From contig JYIN01000013.1 in the NCBI GenBank assembly GCA_002007405.1, positions 6,009-70,008 on the forward strand: a DNA stretch of 64,000 nt. The letters are read 5' to 3'. Positions 10,134 to 19,069 of the stretch are shown here, piece by piece; position 1 is the first letter of the stretch, and the number at the start of each line of letters is the position of its first letter. The translations under genes and the position numbers were made by a program. Origin of the DNA: Gammaproteobacteria bacterium Gsub (GTDB lineage: Bacteria > Pseudomonadota > Gammaproteobacteria > PS1 > Pseudothioglobaceae). The notes beneath the pieces are model-generated. The model was not told where the DNA came from. It made no database searches and was given only the letters and a program-made list of their open reading frames with translations.

Positions 10134-10555
10134 AGATTGAAACTTATCTGGGTTTTGATGTTGGTAGCAAACGCACTGGTGTTGCCATTGCTAATAATTT
10201 AGTTGCGCAAGCCAGCGGTATTGGGGTTGTTACCCACCATAAAAACGGCGCCACTAACTGGGGCGAGTTTGACCAAATTATTAACACCCATAAGATTAGC
10301 CGTTTTGTCGTTGGCTTGCCACTTGATAAAAATGGTGGCGAGCAGAAAATGTCACTAATTGCCAGATCATTTGCTAAAAAATTAGAAAAACGCTACCAAA
10401 CTAAGGTTGAGATGATTGATGAATACTTATCTTCATTTGATGCTAGGAGCCAACTAAAATATAATCCCTATCATCCCAACGCTAAACGCAGTGAAGTGGA
10501 TAGGCGCTCGGCACAACTGATTTTACAAACTTGGTTAAATGAGACTTTGAAATGA
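10130..10555 (+). CDS. ruvX: Putative pre-16S rRNA nuclease / Holliday junction resolvase-like YqgF
   Basis: LGFDVGSKRTGVAIAN N-terminus and VVGLPLDKNGGE motif. Confidence 0.85.
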   Translation: MKIETYLGFDVGSKRTGVAIANNLVAQASGIGVVTHHKNGATNWGEFDQIINTHKISRFVVGLPLDKNGGEQKMSLIARSFAKKLEKRYQTKVEMIDEYLSSFDARSQLKYNPYHPNAKRSEVDRRSAQLILQTWLNETLK

Positions 10556-11511
10556 GGCAAAAGTCAATTAGCAACGATATCCAACTCAATCGCGAAGGCA
10601 GACTCATTCATTTATTGGGTCTTGAGGGGCTTTCCAAACAGCACCTAACCCATATATTAGATACTGCCGAGGGCATGATTGATACTTTGGGTAATTTAAA
10701 AAAATCCAAAGCGTTAGATGATATGTCGGTTGCAAACTTATTTTTTGAACCGTCCACACGCACTAGGAATACTTTTGAAATTGCCGCTATGCGTAGCAGT
10801 GCTAATGTTATCAATGTTGATTTAGCCAACTCAGCCACCAAAAAAAACGAATCGCTACTTGACACCATGCGTAGCCTAAAAGCAATGCAAATTGATATGT
10901 TTGTAATTCGCCATAAACAAAACGGTCTGCCCCATCATGTGGCACAAAACTTAGATAATGTAGCGATTTTAAATGCAGGTGATGGCATTAACGCCCACCC
11001 TACTCAGGCATTATTAGACATGCTGACTATTCGCCAATACAAACAAAATTTTACCGATCTATCGGTTGCAATTATTGGTGATATTCTCCATTCACGCGTG
11101 GCACATTCTGATATACAAGCGCTAAAAACACTTGGTAGCAAGGATATTCGCCTGATTGCACCAACACAATTACAATACAATCGACACCACTCAGAAGTTA
11201 AATGCTTTGATAACATTCAAGATGGAATTAAAGATTGTGATGTTGTGATGGTGTTGCGTTTGCAAAAAGAGCGTATGCTTGCAGCAGATATTCCCAATGA
11301 ACAAAAATATTTTGATGACTATGGTCTGACTACACAATGTCTATCACTGGCTAAGCCCGATGCGATTGTGATGCATCCAGGACCTATTAATCGTGGTGTT
11401 GAGGTTGATTCTTCCATTGCCGATAGCAATCAATCCGTTATTCTCAAACAAGTTACCAATGGCATTGCTGTGCGAATGGCAGTGATGGAAATTTTAGCTG
11501 GAAAATTATAA
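10552..11511 (+). CDS. pyrB: Aspartate carbamoyltransferase catalytic subunit
   Basis: FFEPSTRTR carbamoyl-phosphate motif, HPTQALLD, HPGPINRG. Confidence 0.92.
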   Translation: MRQKSISNDIQLNREGRLIHLLGLEGLSKQHLTHILDTAEGMIDTLGNLKKSKALDDMSVANLFFEPSTRTRNTFEIAAMRSSANVINVDLANSATKKNESLLDTMRSLKAMQIDMFVIRHKQNGLPHHVAQNLDNVAILNAGDGINAHPTQALLDMLTIRQYKQNFTDLSVAIIGDILHSRVAHSDIQALKTLGSKDIRLIAPTQLQYNRHHSEVKCFDNIQDGIKDCDVVMVLRLQKERMLAADIPNEQKYFDDYGLTTQCLSLAKPDAIVMHPGPINRGVEVDSSIADSNQSVILKQVTNGIAVRMAVMEILAGKL

Positions 11512-11513
11512 AA

Positions 11514-12071
11514 ATGAACAAATTAAGTGATTATGACACGCTCAAAGGTGTTTTGCACAACCTTAACACCAATGACACCCCCTCTTCTGCCCATGGAATT
11601 TTATGTGGTTTTGCCTGTATTAAGCCAGAACTTAGCCTACAGAATTGGCTTGACGAAATCCTGATAGATACTAACTTAAACAACCCCAGCAAAAATGACG
11701 CCTACCAACAACTGGCTAAAATTTACCACAACACCTTAGAGCAACTCGGCGATGCTATGCTAAATTTTCAATTATTAATTGCCGATGAAAACACCACACT
11801 CAAAAAACAAACCCACACACTTACCCAATGGTGTAGTGGGTTTTTGGTAGGTTTGGGCTTGTGCAAAATCCGTATTGCCGATAAAGAAATATTGGCAATG
11901 ATTAAAGATTTTGGTGAAATATCCAAACTGGACCCAGATGTGGTCGATAACGAACAAAATGCTCGCGATTTGGGTGAAATAATCGAATTTGTACGCATGG
12001 GAACTTTGCTGATTCAAGAAACTCTACAACCTTCCAAACAAGATTATATCTCGCCAAAAACTTTGCACTAA
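11514..12071 (+). CDS. ygfB: UPF0149 family protein YgfB
   Basis: Collinear with E. coli YgfB from memory (SAHGILCGFAC vs EMHGLISGMICG; GFLVGLGL; EIIEFVRMG; C-terminal PKTLH vs KPTLH). Confidence 0.8.
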   Translation: MNKLSDYDTLKGVLHNLNTNDTPSSAHGILCGFACIKPELSLQNWLDEILIDTNLNNPSKNDAYQQLAKIYHNTLEQLGDAMLNFQLLIADENTTLKKQTHTLTQWCSGFLVGLGLCKIRIADKEILAMIKDFGEISKLDPDVVDNEQNARDLGEIIEFVRMGTLLIQETLQPSKQDYISPKTLH

Positions 12072-12600
12072 CTGCTTATAAAAAATTTTCTGATTGATGA
12101 TGTTGTCGCCTTATCTCTTGAGGAGAGAATAATTCTTGGGGGAGTGGCGACAACATGTGAGTAATTATATCATATTATAATTGTATTACAATATGATTAT
12201 ATACCCCAACCTAAAAATAGAAAACAAAAAACACAACAAATCTAACTGATTAACGGTTTCAAGAAAAAAATATTTTCATCCATTAGATGAAAAATAAAAG
12301 GCAGCCGAACTTTCTGCGTATTGTAAATGTTATAAACCACTGACTTAATACTGCCCTGACTTTTAACTGCCCGCTTCAAATGGCAATCACTGTTAAACTC
12401 TTATCAGCATTTTAGTTTTATCTTAACATGAAGGCAGATGATATTTAGACGATGCCACCCATATTGACAAACATAAAACCTGTGTTTGCTTACCAACCAA
12501 AGCACACCACCCAAGTTATAAAATTAAAATTTTGTGAAACGAAATAGAAAATCATTAAAATAATATTTGATTTTTTAGAGCACTGTCTCATCATCAAATA

Positions 12601-13824
12601 ATGACAACACACAAACACGGCATTAGTGAAAATAAATCACAGGTAGGGTTACAACTTATACAAGTTTTTTTGGTTGGATTAACCATTGGCATGATGCGAA
12701 CTGTCGTGCCTGGTTTGGCTGAGAGCGAATTTGGGCTCGGCAATCAACAATTTTTATTGCTCACTTCTTTTGTTGTGGTTTTTGGTGTGGTGAAGTCAAT
12801 TATGAATTTATTGGCAGGTCGCTTGAGTGATTATTATGGGCGTAAGCCTGTGTTAATTGTAGGCTGGGTGGTCGCCATGCCTATCCCATTTATGATTTTA
12901 TATGCCCAGAATTGGAATTGGATTATTATCGCGACTTTGTTGTTAGGGGTCAATCAAGGGCTGTGCTGGTCAATGACCATTAACGCTAAATTAGATTTAG
13001 CACATTTTTGGCAAAAAGGTTTGGTGAATGGTATTAATGAATTTTCTGGCTATGCTGCTGTTGCCATCGCTGGGGTAGTTACTGCTTATATTGCGAATTT
13101 GATTGGTGCTAAACAGGGGCTGTTTTTCTTTGGTATTGTGGTGATTATTTTTGGCTTGATTTTGGCAATTTTTTTAATTAAAGAAACCCTGCCTTGGACA
13201 AAATTAGATAACAAGAATTTTGCACTGGAGTCTAATTTTGGTAAATTATTTTTGCACGCAAGTTGGCATGACAAAACCCTGCGCTCTTTGAATCAAGCAG
13301 GCTTGGTGGAAAAATTTACCGATGCTATGGTATGGATATTTTTGCCGGTATTTTTTCTATCTAAAAATTTAACCTTAGTAGAGGGTAGCGCCATTATCTC
13401 AGTATATGCGTTAGTGTGGGGTGGGCTACAACTTATTACTGGTGCGCTTTCCGACAAAATAGGGCGCAGGCGCCTAATTGTGGTTGGGATGTGGCTATGT
13501 GGGTTAGGATTGCTTACCATACCCTACACCAATCATGTATTCTTATGGACATTAGAGGCTGGCGTTATAGGTATTGGTATGGCAATGCTGTATCCAACAT
13601 TAGGGGCCGCTGTTGCAGATTTTACACCCCCTAAAACACGCGGAGCAATATTGGGGATTTATCGATTTTGGCGTGATTTTGGCTACGCGGTAGCAGCATT
13701 AACCCTAGGCATTGTTACACAAATGACGGTAACATTAAACATTGCATTTTTATTCGCAGCTACAGCAATGATTTTATCTGGAACTTATGTGTTAATCATC
13801 GTCCCAAGTAATAAAAATATTTGA
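12601..13824 (+). CDS. Major facilitator superfamily transporter, substrate unknown
   Basis: About 12 predicted hydrophobic spans; MFS motif A-like GRLSDYYGRKP and second-half GALSDKIGRRR. Confidence 0.75.
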   Translation: MTTHKHGISENKSQVGLQLIQVFLVGLTIGMMRTVVPGLAESEFGLGNQQFLLLTSFVVVFGVVKSIMNLLAGRLSDYYGRKPVLIVGWVVAMPIPFMILYAQNWNWIIIATLLLGVNQGLCWSMTINAKLDLAHFWQKGLVNGINEFSGYAAVAIAGVVTAYIANLIGAKQGLFFFGIVVIIFGLILAIFLIKETLPWTKLDNKNFALESNFGKLFLHASWHDKTLRSLNQAGLVEKFTDAMVWIFLPVFFLSKNLTLVEGSAIISVYALVWGGLQLITGALSDKIGRRRLIVVGMWLCGLGLLTIPYTNHVFLWTLEAGVIGIGMAMLYPTLGAAVADFTPPKTRGAILGIYRFWRDFGYAVAALTLGIVTQMTVTLNIAFLFAATAMILSGTYVLIIVPSNKNI

Positions 13825-13832
13825 TAATTAAG

Positions 13833-14381
13833 ATGCGTCAAAAACCCAAAATATTGAACATTAAAACTATTGCTAGAACAAGGATGTTTCATATTGAAAA
13901 AATGGATATTGAATTTCACAACGGTCAACGACGAGAATATGAACGCCTAAATCCTCCTGGCAATGGATCGGTATTAGTAGTGCCAATGCTTGATGCCCAG
14001 ACTGTGCTGATGATTTATGAATATTCAGGGGGCACAGATAAGTATGAGCTGGCTTTAACTAAAGGGAGAATTGATGCTGGCGAAACACCACTTGAAGCGG
14101 CCAATAGAGAAATCATTGAAGAAATTGGTTATGGTGCGCAGCAGCTGAGTTTTGTTAAAACTCTAACCATTGCCCCGGGTTATCAATCTAACTTTACCCA
14201 CATTATACTTGCGCAAGACTTATATTCTGCCAGTGCTAAGGGAGATGAGCCCGAACCACTCAAAGTGGTGGAGCACAAGCTCTCAACGCTAGAAACACTG
14301 GTCTATAATGAGGATTTAACCGAAGCCAGAAGTATTGCAGCACTGTATATGGTGAGAGAAATTATCAAAAATCAGCGCTAA
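13833..14381 (+). CDS. nudE: ADP compounds hydrolase NudE (Nudix family) (start taken at ATG 13833)
   Basis: Nudix box GRIDAGETPLEAANREIIEEIGY; collinear with E. coli NudE (KPKILNIKTIARTRMF..., GDEPEPL). Confidence 0.8.
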   Translation: MRQKPKILNIKTIARTRMFHIEKMDIEFHNGQRREYERLNPPGNGSVLVVPMLDAQTVLMIYEYSGGTDKYELALTKGRIDAGETPLEAANREIIEEIGYGAQQLSFVKTLTIAPGYQSNFTHIILAQDLYSASAKGDEPEPLKVVEHKLSTLETLVYNEDLTEARSIAALYMVREIIKNQR

Positions 14382-14473
14382 ATTTATCAAAGAGATAGGG
14401 TTTCTAACTTTTACTTTAGCCTATCGGTGGTATGAATTGTTGTAAAATCTTGATTTTAATATATAAAAAAATC

Positions 14474-14581
14474 ATGCAAAAAATAATCAAACTATCAATA
14501 CTTTTATTGCTGATTATTGGTTTGTCTAACTGCGGAAAAACGGGTGATTTACAGCCAATTAAAAGCGAGCAAAGTTCTTGA
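14474..14581 (+). CDS. Small lipoprotein of the LptM/LppL (YifL) type, 35 aa, not in ORF track
   Basis: MQKIIKLSILLLLIIGLSNCGKTGDLQPIK...: lipobox LSNC followed by CGKTGDL resembling the CG.KG.L motif; sits directly upstream of lysA as lppL does in Pseudomonas; stop overlaps lysA TTG start. Confidence 0.6.
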   Translation: MQKIIKLSILLLLIIGLSNCGKTGDLQPIKSEQSS

Positions 14582-15819
14582 GTTTTACATATAAAAACGA
14601 CAATTTATATGCCGAATCTGTGGCAATAAAAGATTTGATGCCAATTTATGACTCGCCACTCTACATTTATTCGCGTACTGATATTGAAAATAATTGGCGC
14701 AGTTTTGACCAAGCATTTGCACAACATCCACACCTGATTTGTTATGCGGTTAAGGCAAATTCTAATCTAGCGGTTTTAAACACATTAGCAAAGATAGGTG
14801 CGGGTTTTGATATTCTTTCTGGTGGTGAATTAGAGCGGGTTTTAACAGCGGGCGGGAATGCAAATAAGATTGTATTCTCAGGGGTGGCAAAAACAACAGC
14901 TGAGATTAGGCGCGCACTTGAGGTTGGGGTGCGCTGTTTTAATGTTGAATCTAGTGCTGAGTTGAGCAGTATTGAGGCGGTAGCACAATCATTAAACACC
15001 CAAGCGCCAATCTCTATTCGGGTTAATCCTGATGTTGATGCCAGAACTCACCCCTACATCTCCACAGGGTTAAAAGAAAATAAATTTGGCGTTGATATTG
15101 CTGAGGCGCTTGATTTATATCAAAGTGCACAAAAATCCCAATATCTAAGCGTGCAAGGCATAGATTGCCATATTGGCTCACAAATCACAGAAATAGCACC
15201 ATTTTTAGAGGCATTAGACAAGGTTTTGGCATTGGTTGGGCAGCTCAAGCAATGTGGCATTGAGGTGAAACACTTAGATTTAGGCGGTGGTGTTGGCATT
15301 CAATATAGAGATGAGCAGACCATCAATATTAAATCTTATGTTAATGCAATTATTAACAAAGTAGGAGAGATGCCAGTTATTTTAGAGCCCGGCAGGGCAA
15401 TTGTAGGTAATGCAGGGGTATTTATAACAAAAGTTGGGTTTTTAAAACAAAATGCACAAAAATCATTCGCCATAGTTGATGGAGCAATGAATGATTTGTT
15501 GCGCCCCGCCTTATATGGTGCTTATCACCAAGTTTTGCCTGTTGAAAAAAAAAATCAAGGCATTTTAGCCGATTGGGATATTGTCGGTCCTGTTTGTGAA
15601 AGTACCGATTATCTTGCTAAAGGACGGAAACTTTCATTATCTCAAGGGGATTATTTGGCAGTGATGGGCGCTGGGGGCTATGGTTTTGTTATGAGCTCAA
15701 ACTATAACTCCCGCCCTCGCGTAGCCGAGGTGATGGTCTCAGGCACGCAACACACTTTAGTGCGCAAACGAGAGACCATCACTGATTTATTTGCCAGTGA
15801 ATATTTATATAAGCATTAA
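14578..15819 (+). CDS. lysA: Diaminopimelate decarboxylase
   Basis: PLP lysine motif CYAVKANSN, HIGSQ, GGGVGI, EPGRAIVGNAG, CESTD. Confidence 0.92.
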   Translation: MSFTYKNDNLYAESVAIKDLMPIYDSPLYIYSRTDIENNWRSFDQAFAQHPHLICYAVKANSNLAVLNTLAKIGAGFDILSGGELERVLTAGGNANKIVFSGVAKTTAEIRRALEVGVRCFNVESSAELSSIEAVAQSLNTQAPISIRVNPDVDARTHPYISTGLKENKFGVDIAEALDLYQSAQKSQYLSVQGIDCHIGSQITEIAPFLEALDKVLALVGQLKQCGIEVKHLDLGGGVGIQYRDEQTINIKSYVNAIINKVGEMPVILEPGRAIVGNAGVFITKVGFLKQNAQKSFAIVDGAMNDLLRPALYGAYHQVLPVEKKNQGILADWDIVGPVCESTDYLAKGRKLSLSQGDYLAVMGAGGYGFVMSSNYNSRPRVAEVMVSGTQHTLVRKRETITDLFASEYLYKH

Positions 15820-15844
15820 TCATATTTTTTAAAAAAATGGCAAT

Positions 15845-16035
15845 ATGAATAGTGTATTTTTAAAAAATTATCAAAATATAGATGATGTTAAGAGTGGGGG
15901 CGGTTGATTTAATCATGACCTCGCCATCTTATTTTTATAATTAAAGATTACGCTAAAAATGATTATCAAGACAAGATATATTAAGATGGGATAATGGTTT
16001 GTATATTTTGGGGCTTAACTGGCTAAGGTCCGTAA
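15845..16035 (+). pseudogene. Eroded relic of an N4/N6 DNA methyltransferase (5' end only, at least two frame changes)
   Basis: MNSVFLKNYQNIDDVKSGG then +1 frame VDLIMTSPSYFYN* then +1 frame KDYAKNDYQDKIY*: resembles MTase N-termini (...sVDLIiTSPPYfnlrDYg...) with SPPY degraded to SPSY. Confidence 0.4.
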
Positions 16036-16057
16036 ATTTTTATACAATCTAAAAACT

Positions 16058-16357
16058 ATGCAATTAACCAATAACCAAAAAAAAGTTTTAAGATCTATGG
16101 GGCATTCTCTAAAGCCTGTTGTGATGGTCGGGCAGCATGGTTTGAGTGCATCAGTTTTGGCAGAATTGGAATCCAGTTTAGGCAAACACGAGCTTTTAAA
16201 AATTAAGATTCGCGCCCAAAAACTCAATGAAAAACAACAGATAATCAATCAAATTATTGGGTTTTCACACGCCCATCTGATACAAGTTATCGGTGCTATT
16301 ATTTTAATTTATCGTCCTTTTGACGAAACACCGAAAATAATCCTGCCGAGAAAATAA
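16058..16357 (+). CDS. yhbY: RNA-binding protein YhbY (CRM domain)
   Basis: LTNNQKKVLRSMGHSLKPVVMVGQHGLSASVLAELESSLGKHELLKIKI matches YhbY pattern. Confidence 0.8.
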   Translation: MQLTNNQKKVLRSMGHSLKPVVMVGQHGLSASVLAELESSLGKHELLKIKIRAQKLNEKQQIINQIIGFSHAHLIQVIGAIILIYRPFDETPKIILPRK

Positions 16358-17451
16358 TGAAAATTGCCATCAGTAGTACCGAAACTTCAGGCGATTTGCT
16401 AGGTTCTGATTTGGTTGCCGCTTTAATGAAGCAAAATCGGGCAATACAAATTGAAGGTCTGGTTGGTGAAAAAATGCAATCTGCTGGTGCAGTGCAGTTG
16501 TGGGAGCAAAAACGGGTGAATGTTATGGGGTTTAGTGAAGTTTTAACAAAGCTGGTATTTTTGTTGCGTTTACGCAGGACTATGATTGATTATTTTATTA
16601 AATCTCAAGTTAAGATTTTTATTGGTGTTGATGCCCCAGATTTTAATTTTAAAATTGAGAAAAAACTCAAGCAACACGGCATTAAGACGATACATTTCAT
16701 TTCTCCATCACTGTGGGCATGGCGTCAGAGGCGAATAAAAAAAATCAAACAATCAACTGATTTAGTGTTGTGTGTTTTTCCATTTGAGGTAGATTTTTAT
16801 CAAAAAAATCAGCAAAAAGCATTGTTTATTGGACACCCATTGGCGCGTAGTATCACCCCAAGAAAAAAACACCTGCCGGGTAAAAATATCCTGCTCATGC
16901 CCGGCTCTCGTGAGGGCGAAGTCAGACGCTTGTTGCCTGAGATGTTATCAGCAATGCGACTGATAGCCAAGCAGGATTCACAGACCAGTTTTCATCTGGC
17001 TTTAGCGGCTGATGTTGATAATAAATTGCATAGCTGGATAATACAACAAACACAAGATTTACCCATTGATATTTCAATCGGTGATGCACCACATCACATG
17101 ATAAAATCTGATTTAGTGCTGGTGGCATCTGGCACCGCTACCTTAGAGGCGGCTTTAGTGGGCGTACCTATGGTGGTGGTTTATAAATTATCCGCCCTGA
17201 GTTATTGGATTGCCTCGGGTTTGTTAAAAAGCCCGTATATATCATTGCCAAATGTGATCTCTGGTAAAGCCTTAGTGCCAGAATTAATTCAAAATGATGC
17301 CAATGGTAATAATATTGCTAAACAGGCGATGCAAATTTTAAACCGTGATAATACCGACTTGATAAAAGAGTTTAATGCTATTCACGCACAGCTCAAATAC
17401 AACTCTGATGATGTCGCAGCACGCGCTATTTTGGCTTTGATTGATGCGTGA
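16357..17451 (+). CDS. lpxB: Lipid-A-disaccharide synthase
   Basis: MKIAISSTETSGDLLGSDL N-terminus, VDAPDFN, MPGSREGEV, ASGTATLEAAL motifs. Confidence 0.9.
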   Translation: MKIAISSTETSGDLLGSDLVAALMKQNRAIQIEGLVGEKMQSAGAVQLWEQKRVNVMGFSEVLTKLVFLLRLRRTMIDYFIKSQVKIFIGVDAPDFNFKIEKKLKQHGIKTIHFISPSLWAWRQRRIKKIKQSTDLVLCVFPFEVDFYQKNQQKALFIGHPLARSITPRKKHLPGKNILLMPGSREGEVRRLLPEMLSAMRLIAKQDSQTSFHLALAADVDNKLHSWIIQQTQDLPIDISIGDAPHHMIKSDLVLVASGTATLEAALVGVPMVVVYKLSALSYWIASGLLKSPYISLPNVISGKALVPELIQNDANGNNIAKQAMQILNRDNTDLIKEFNAIHAQLKYNSDDVAARAILALIDA

Positions 17452-18265
17452 TACACTGATAGAAATCGTTAAACAAGCACTGAATGAAGACATTGGCACG
17501 GGTGATGTATCTGCCAGTTTACTGACTAATAAAAGAGTCAAAGCATCTATTATCACTAGAAAACCAGCGATTATTTGTGGCATTGCTTATGCACAACAAG
17601 CGTTTTTATTACTTGACGATTCAATACAGTTAGATTGGCGGGTCAAAGACGGCGAAGCCGTTACCCAAAACCAAGTGCTTTGTGTTTTACATGGCTTGGC
17701 CCGTGGCATCGTCTCAGCTGAGCGGGTGGCACTTAATTTTTTGCAAACCTTAAGTGCCACTGCCACAGCAACACACAACCTACTTGAAAAAATCAAACAC
17801 ACCAAAACACGGCTTTTAGACAGTAGAAAAACCATCCCTAATTTGCGTCTGCCACAAAAATATGCGGTTCAATGTGGTGGTGGAGTGAATCACCGCATGG
17901 GTTTGTATGACTGTGTTATGCTCAAAGAAAATCACATTGCTGCTATTGGGTCGATTGAAAATGCGGTTAAAACAGCAGTTGAAAAATATCCAAATTTACC
18001 ACTCATTATTGAAGTGGAAAATCTATCACAATTACAACAAGCGCTTAAACTTGAAGGCATCACTCGTATTGTGTGTGATAATTTTTCGCCACAAAACTTA
18101 AAACATGCACTCTCCCTATCCGCAGGAAAATTGCCATTAGAAGCTTCTGGCAATATTGATGCACAGTCAATTGTTGAGATTGCCAATACAGGGGTTGATT
18201 ATATTTCTACTGGTAGCATTACTAAAAACATTCAAGCAATAGACTTGTCGCTAAGGTTTTCCTGA
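17444..18265 (+). CDS. nadC: Nicotinate-nucleotide pyrophosphorylase (quinolinate phosphoribosyltransferase)
   Basis: ALNEDIGTGDVS, ERVALNFLQTLS, DSRKTIP, MLKENH, IEVE motifs; ATG 17444 overlaps lpxB end. Confidence 0.9.
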   Translation: MRDTLIEIVKQALNEDIGTGDVSASLLTNKRVKASIITRKPAIICGIAYAQQAFLLLDDSIQLDWRVKDGEAVTQNQVLCVLHGLARGIVSAERVALNFLQTLSATATATHNLLEKIKHTKTRLLDSRKTIPNLRLPQKYAVQCGGGVNHRMGLYDCVMLKENHIAAIGSIENAVKTAVEKYPNLPLIIEVENLSQLQQALKLEGITRIVCDNFSPQNLKHALSLSAGKLPLEASGNIDAQSIVEIANTGVDYISTGSITKNIQAIDLSLRFS

Positions 18266-19009
18266 GGCAAAAAATACAGGCGAGGCTAAATCATCCTTAG
18301 TATTGTATTGGAGTGGGCTACCATTTTCATCAACCACACTACCGCCTGCGGCTTGTAAAATACACGCGCCCGCAGCACTGTCCCACTCAGAACAAGGTCC
18401 AAACTGAGGGTAATAATCGTATAAACCTTGTGCAATTTCACAAAATTTTAACGCACTACCAAGCTCTGTGAGTCGGTAATTTTTTTGTTTTTTTAAGTGG
18501 TTTTTTAGCTTTTTATTATGCAGTGAGTGATGACCAATGACAATTTTAAAAGGGCTAGACGGCGAGCGCGCCTGTAATCTTTGTTCAATTTTATTTTCCA
18601 GTTTAAATGCTAACCCATTTTTACTGTAATAATGAATCTTAGTCAGGGGTGCATAAATCATGCCAAAAACTGGATTGTGGTCTTTGATATAAGCGATACA
18701 GATACAAAATTCGCCCGTGTGTTGAAGAAAATCACGGGTACCATCAAGAGGGTCAATCAGCCAATATTCTCGCCAAGTTGATCGCTCTGAGAAAGGCACT
18801 ATACCGGATTCTTCCGATAAAATAGGGGTATTGGGGGTGAGTTTTTTTAAACCTTCAACAATCAGGCGGTGCGCAATTTGATCAGCAATTGTGAGTGGGG
18901 TTTGATCAGATTTTAGTTGAATCTGTAAGCTACGCTTATAAAACGACATAACCGTTTCACCAACTTCAGCAACTAAGGTGATGAGCGGGGCTGTCAGTGC
19001 ATCAAACAT
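18251..19009 (-). CDS. cysQ: 3'(2'),5'-bisphosphate nucleotidase CysQ
   Basis: Inositol monophosphatase-family motifs LSEES, WLIDPLDGTRDF, WDSAAG. Confidence 0.85.
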   Translation of the reverse strand: MFDALTAPLITLVAEVGETVMSFYKRSLQIQLKSDQTPLTIADQIAHRLIVEGLKKLTPNTPILSEESGIVPFSERSTWREYWLIDPLDGTRDFLQHTGEFCICIAYIKDHNPVFGMIYAPLTKIHYYSKNGLAFKLENKIEQRLQARSPSSPFKIVIGHHSLHNKKLKNHLKKQKNYRLTELGSALKFCEIAQGLYDYYPQFGPCSEWDSAAGACILQAAGGSVVDENGSPLQYNTKDDLASPVFFASGKP

Positions 19010-19069
19010 ACAAAGGTCTCCTCATATAAGATTTTATTTGAAATTTTTAGCAAAAGACCACTCAAGTTA

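Noticed and set aside
12072-12600. 6S RNA (ssrS) in the spacer after ygfB, suggested by the ygfB-zapA-ssrS neighbourhood in E. coli
   Set aside because: In E. coli and Pseudomonas, ssrS lies upstream of and divergent from ygfB, not downstream. I could not find the long terminal-stem complementarity or any similarity to the E. coli 6S sequence. It is kept only as an Rfam-scan suggestion.
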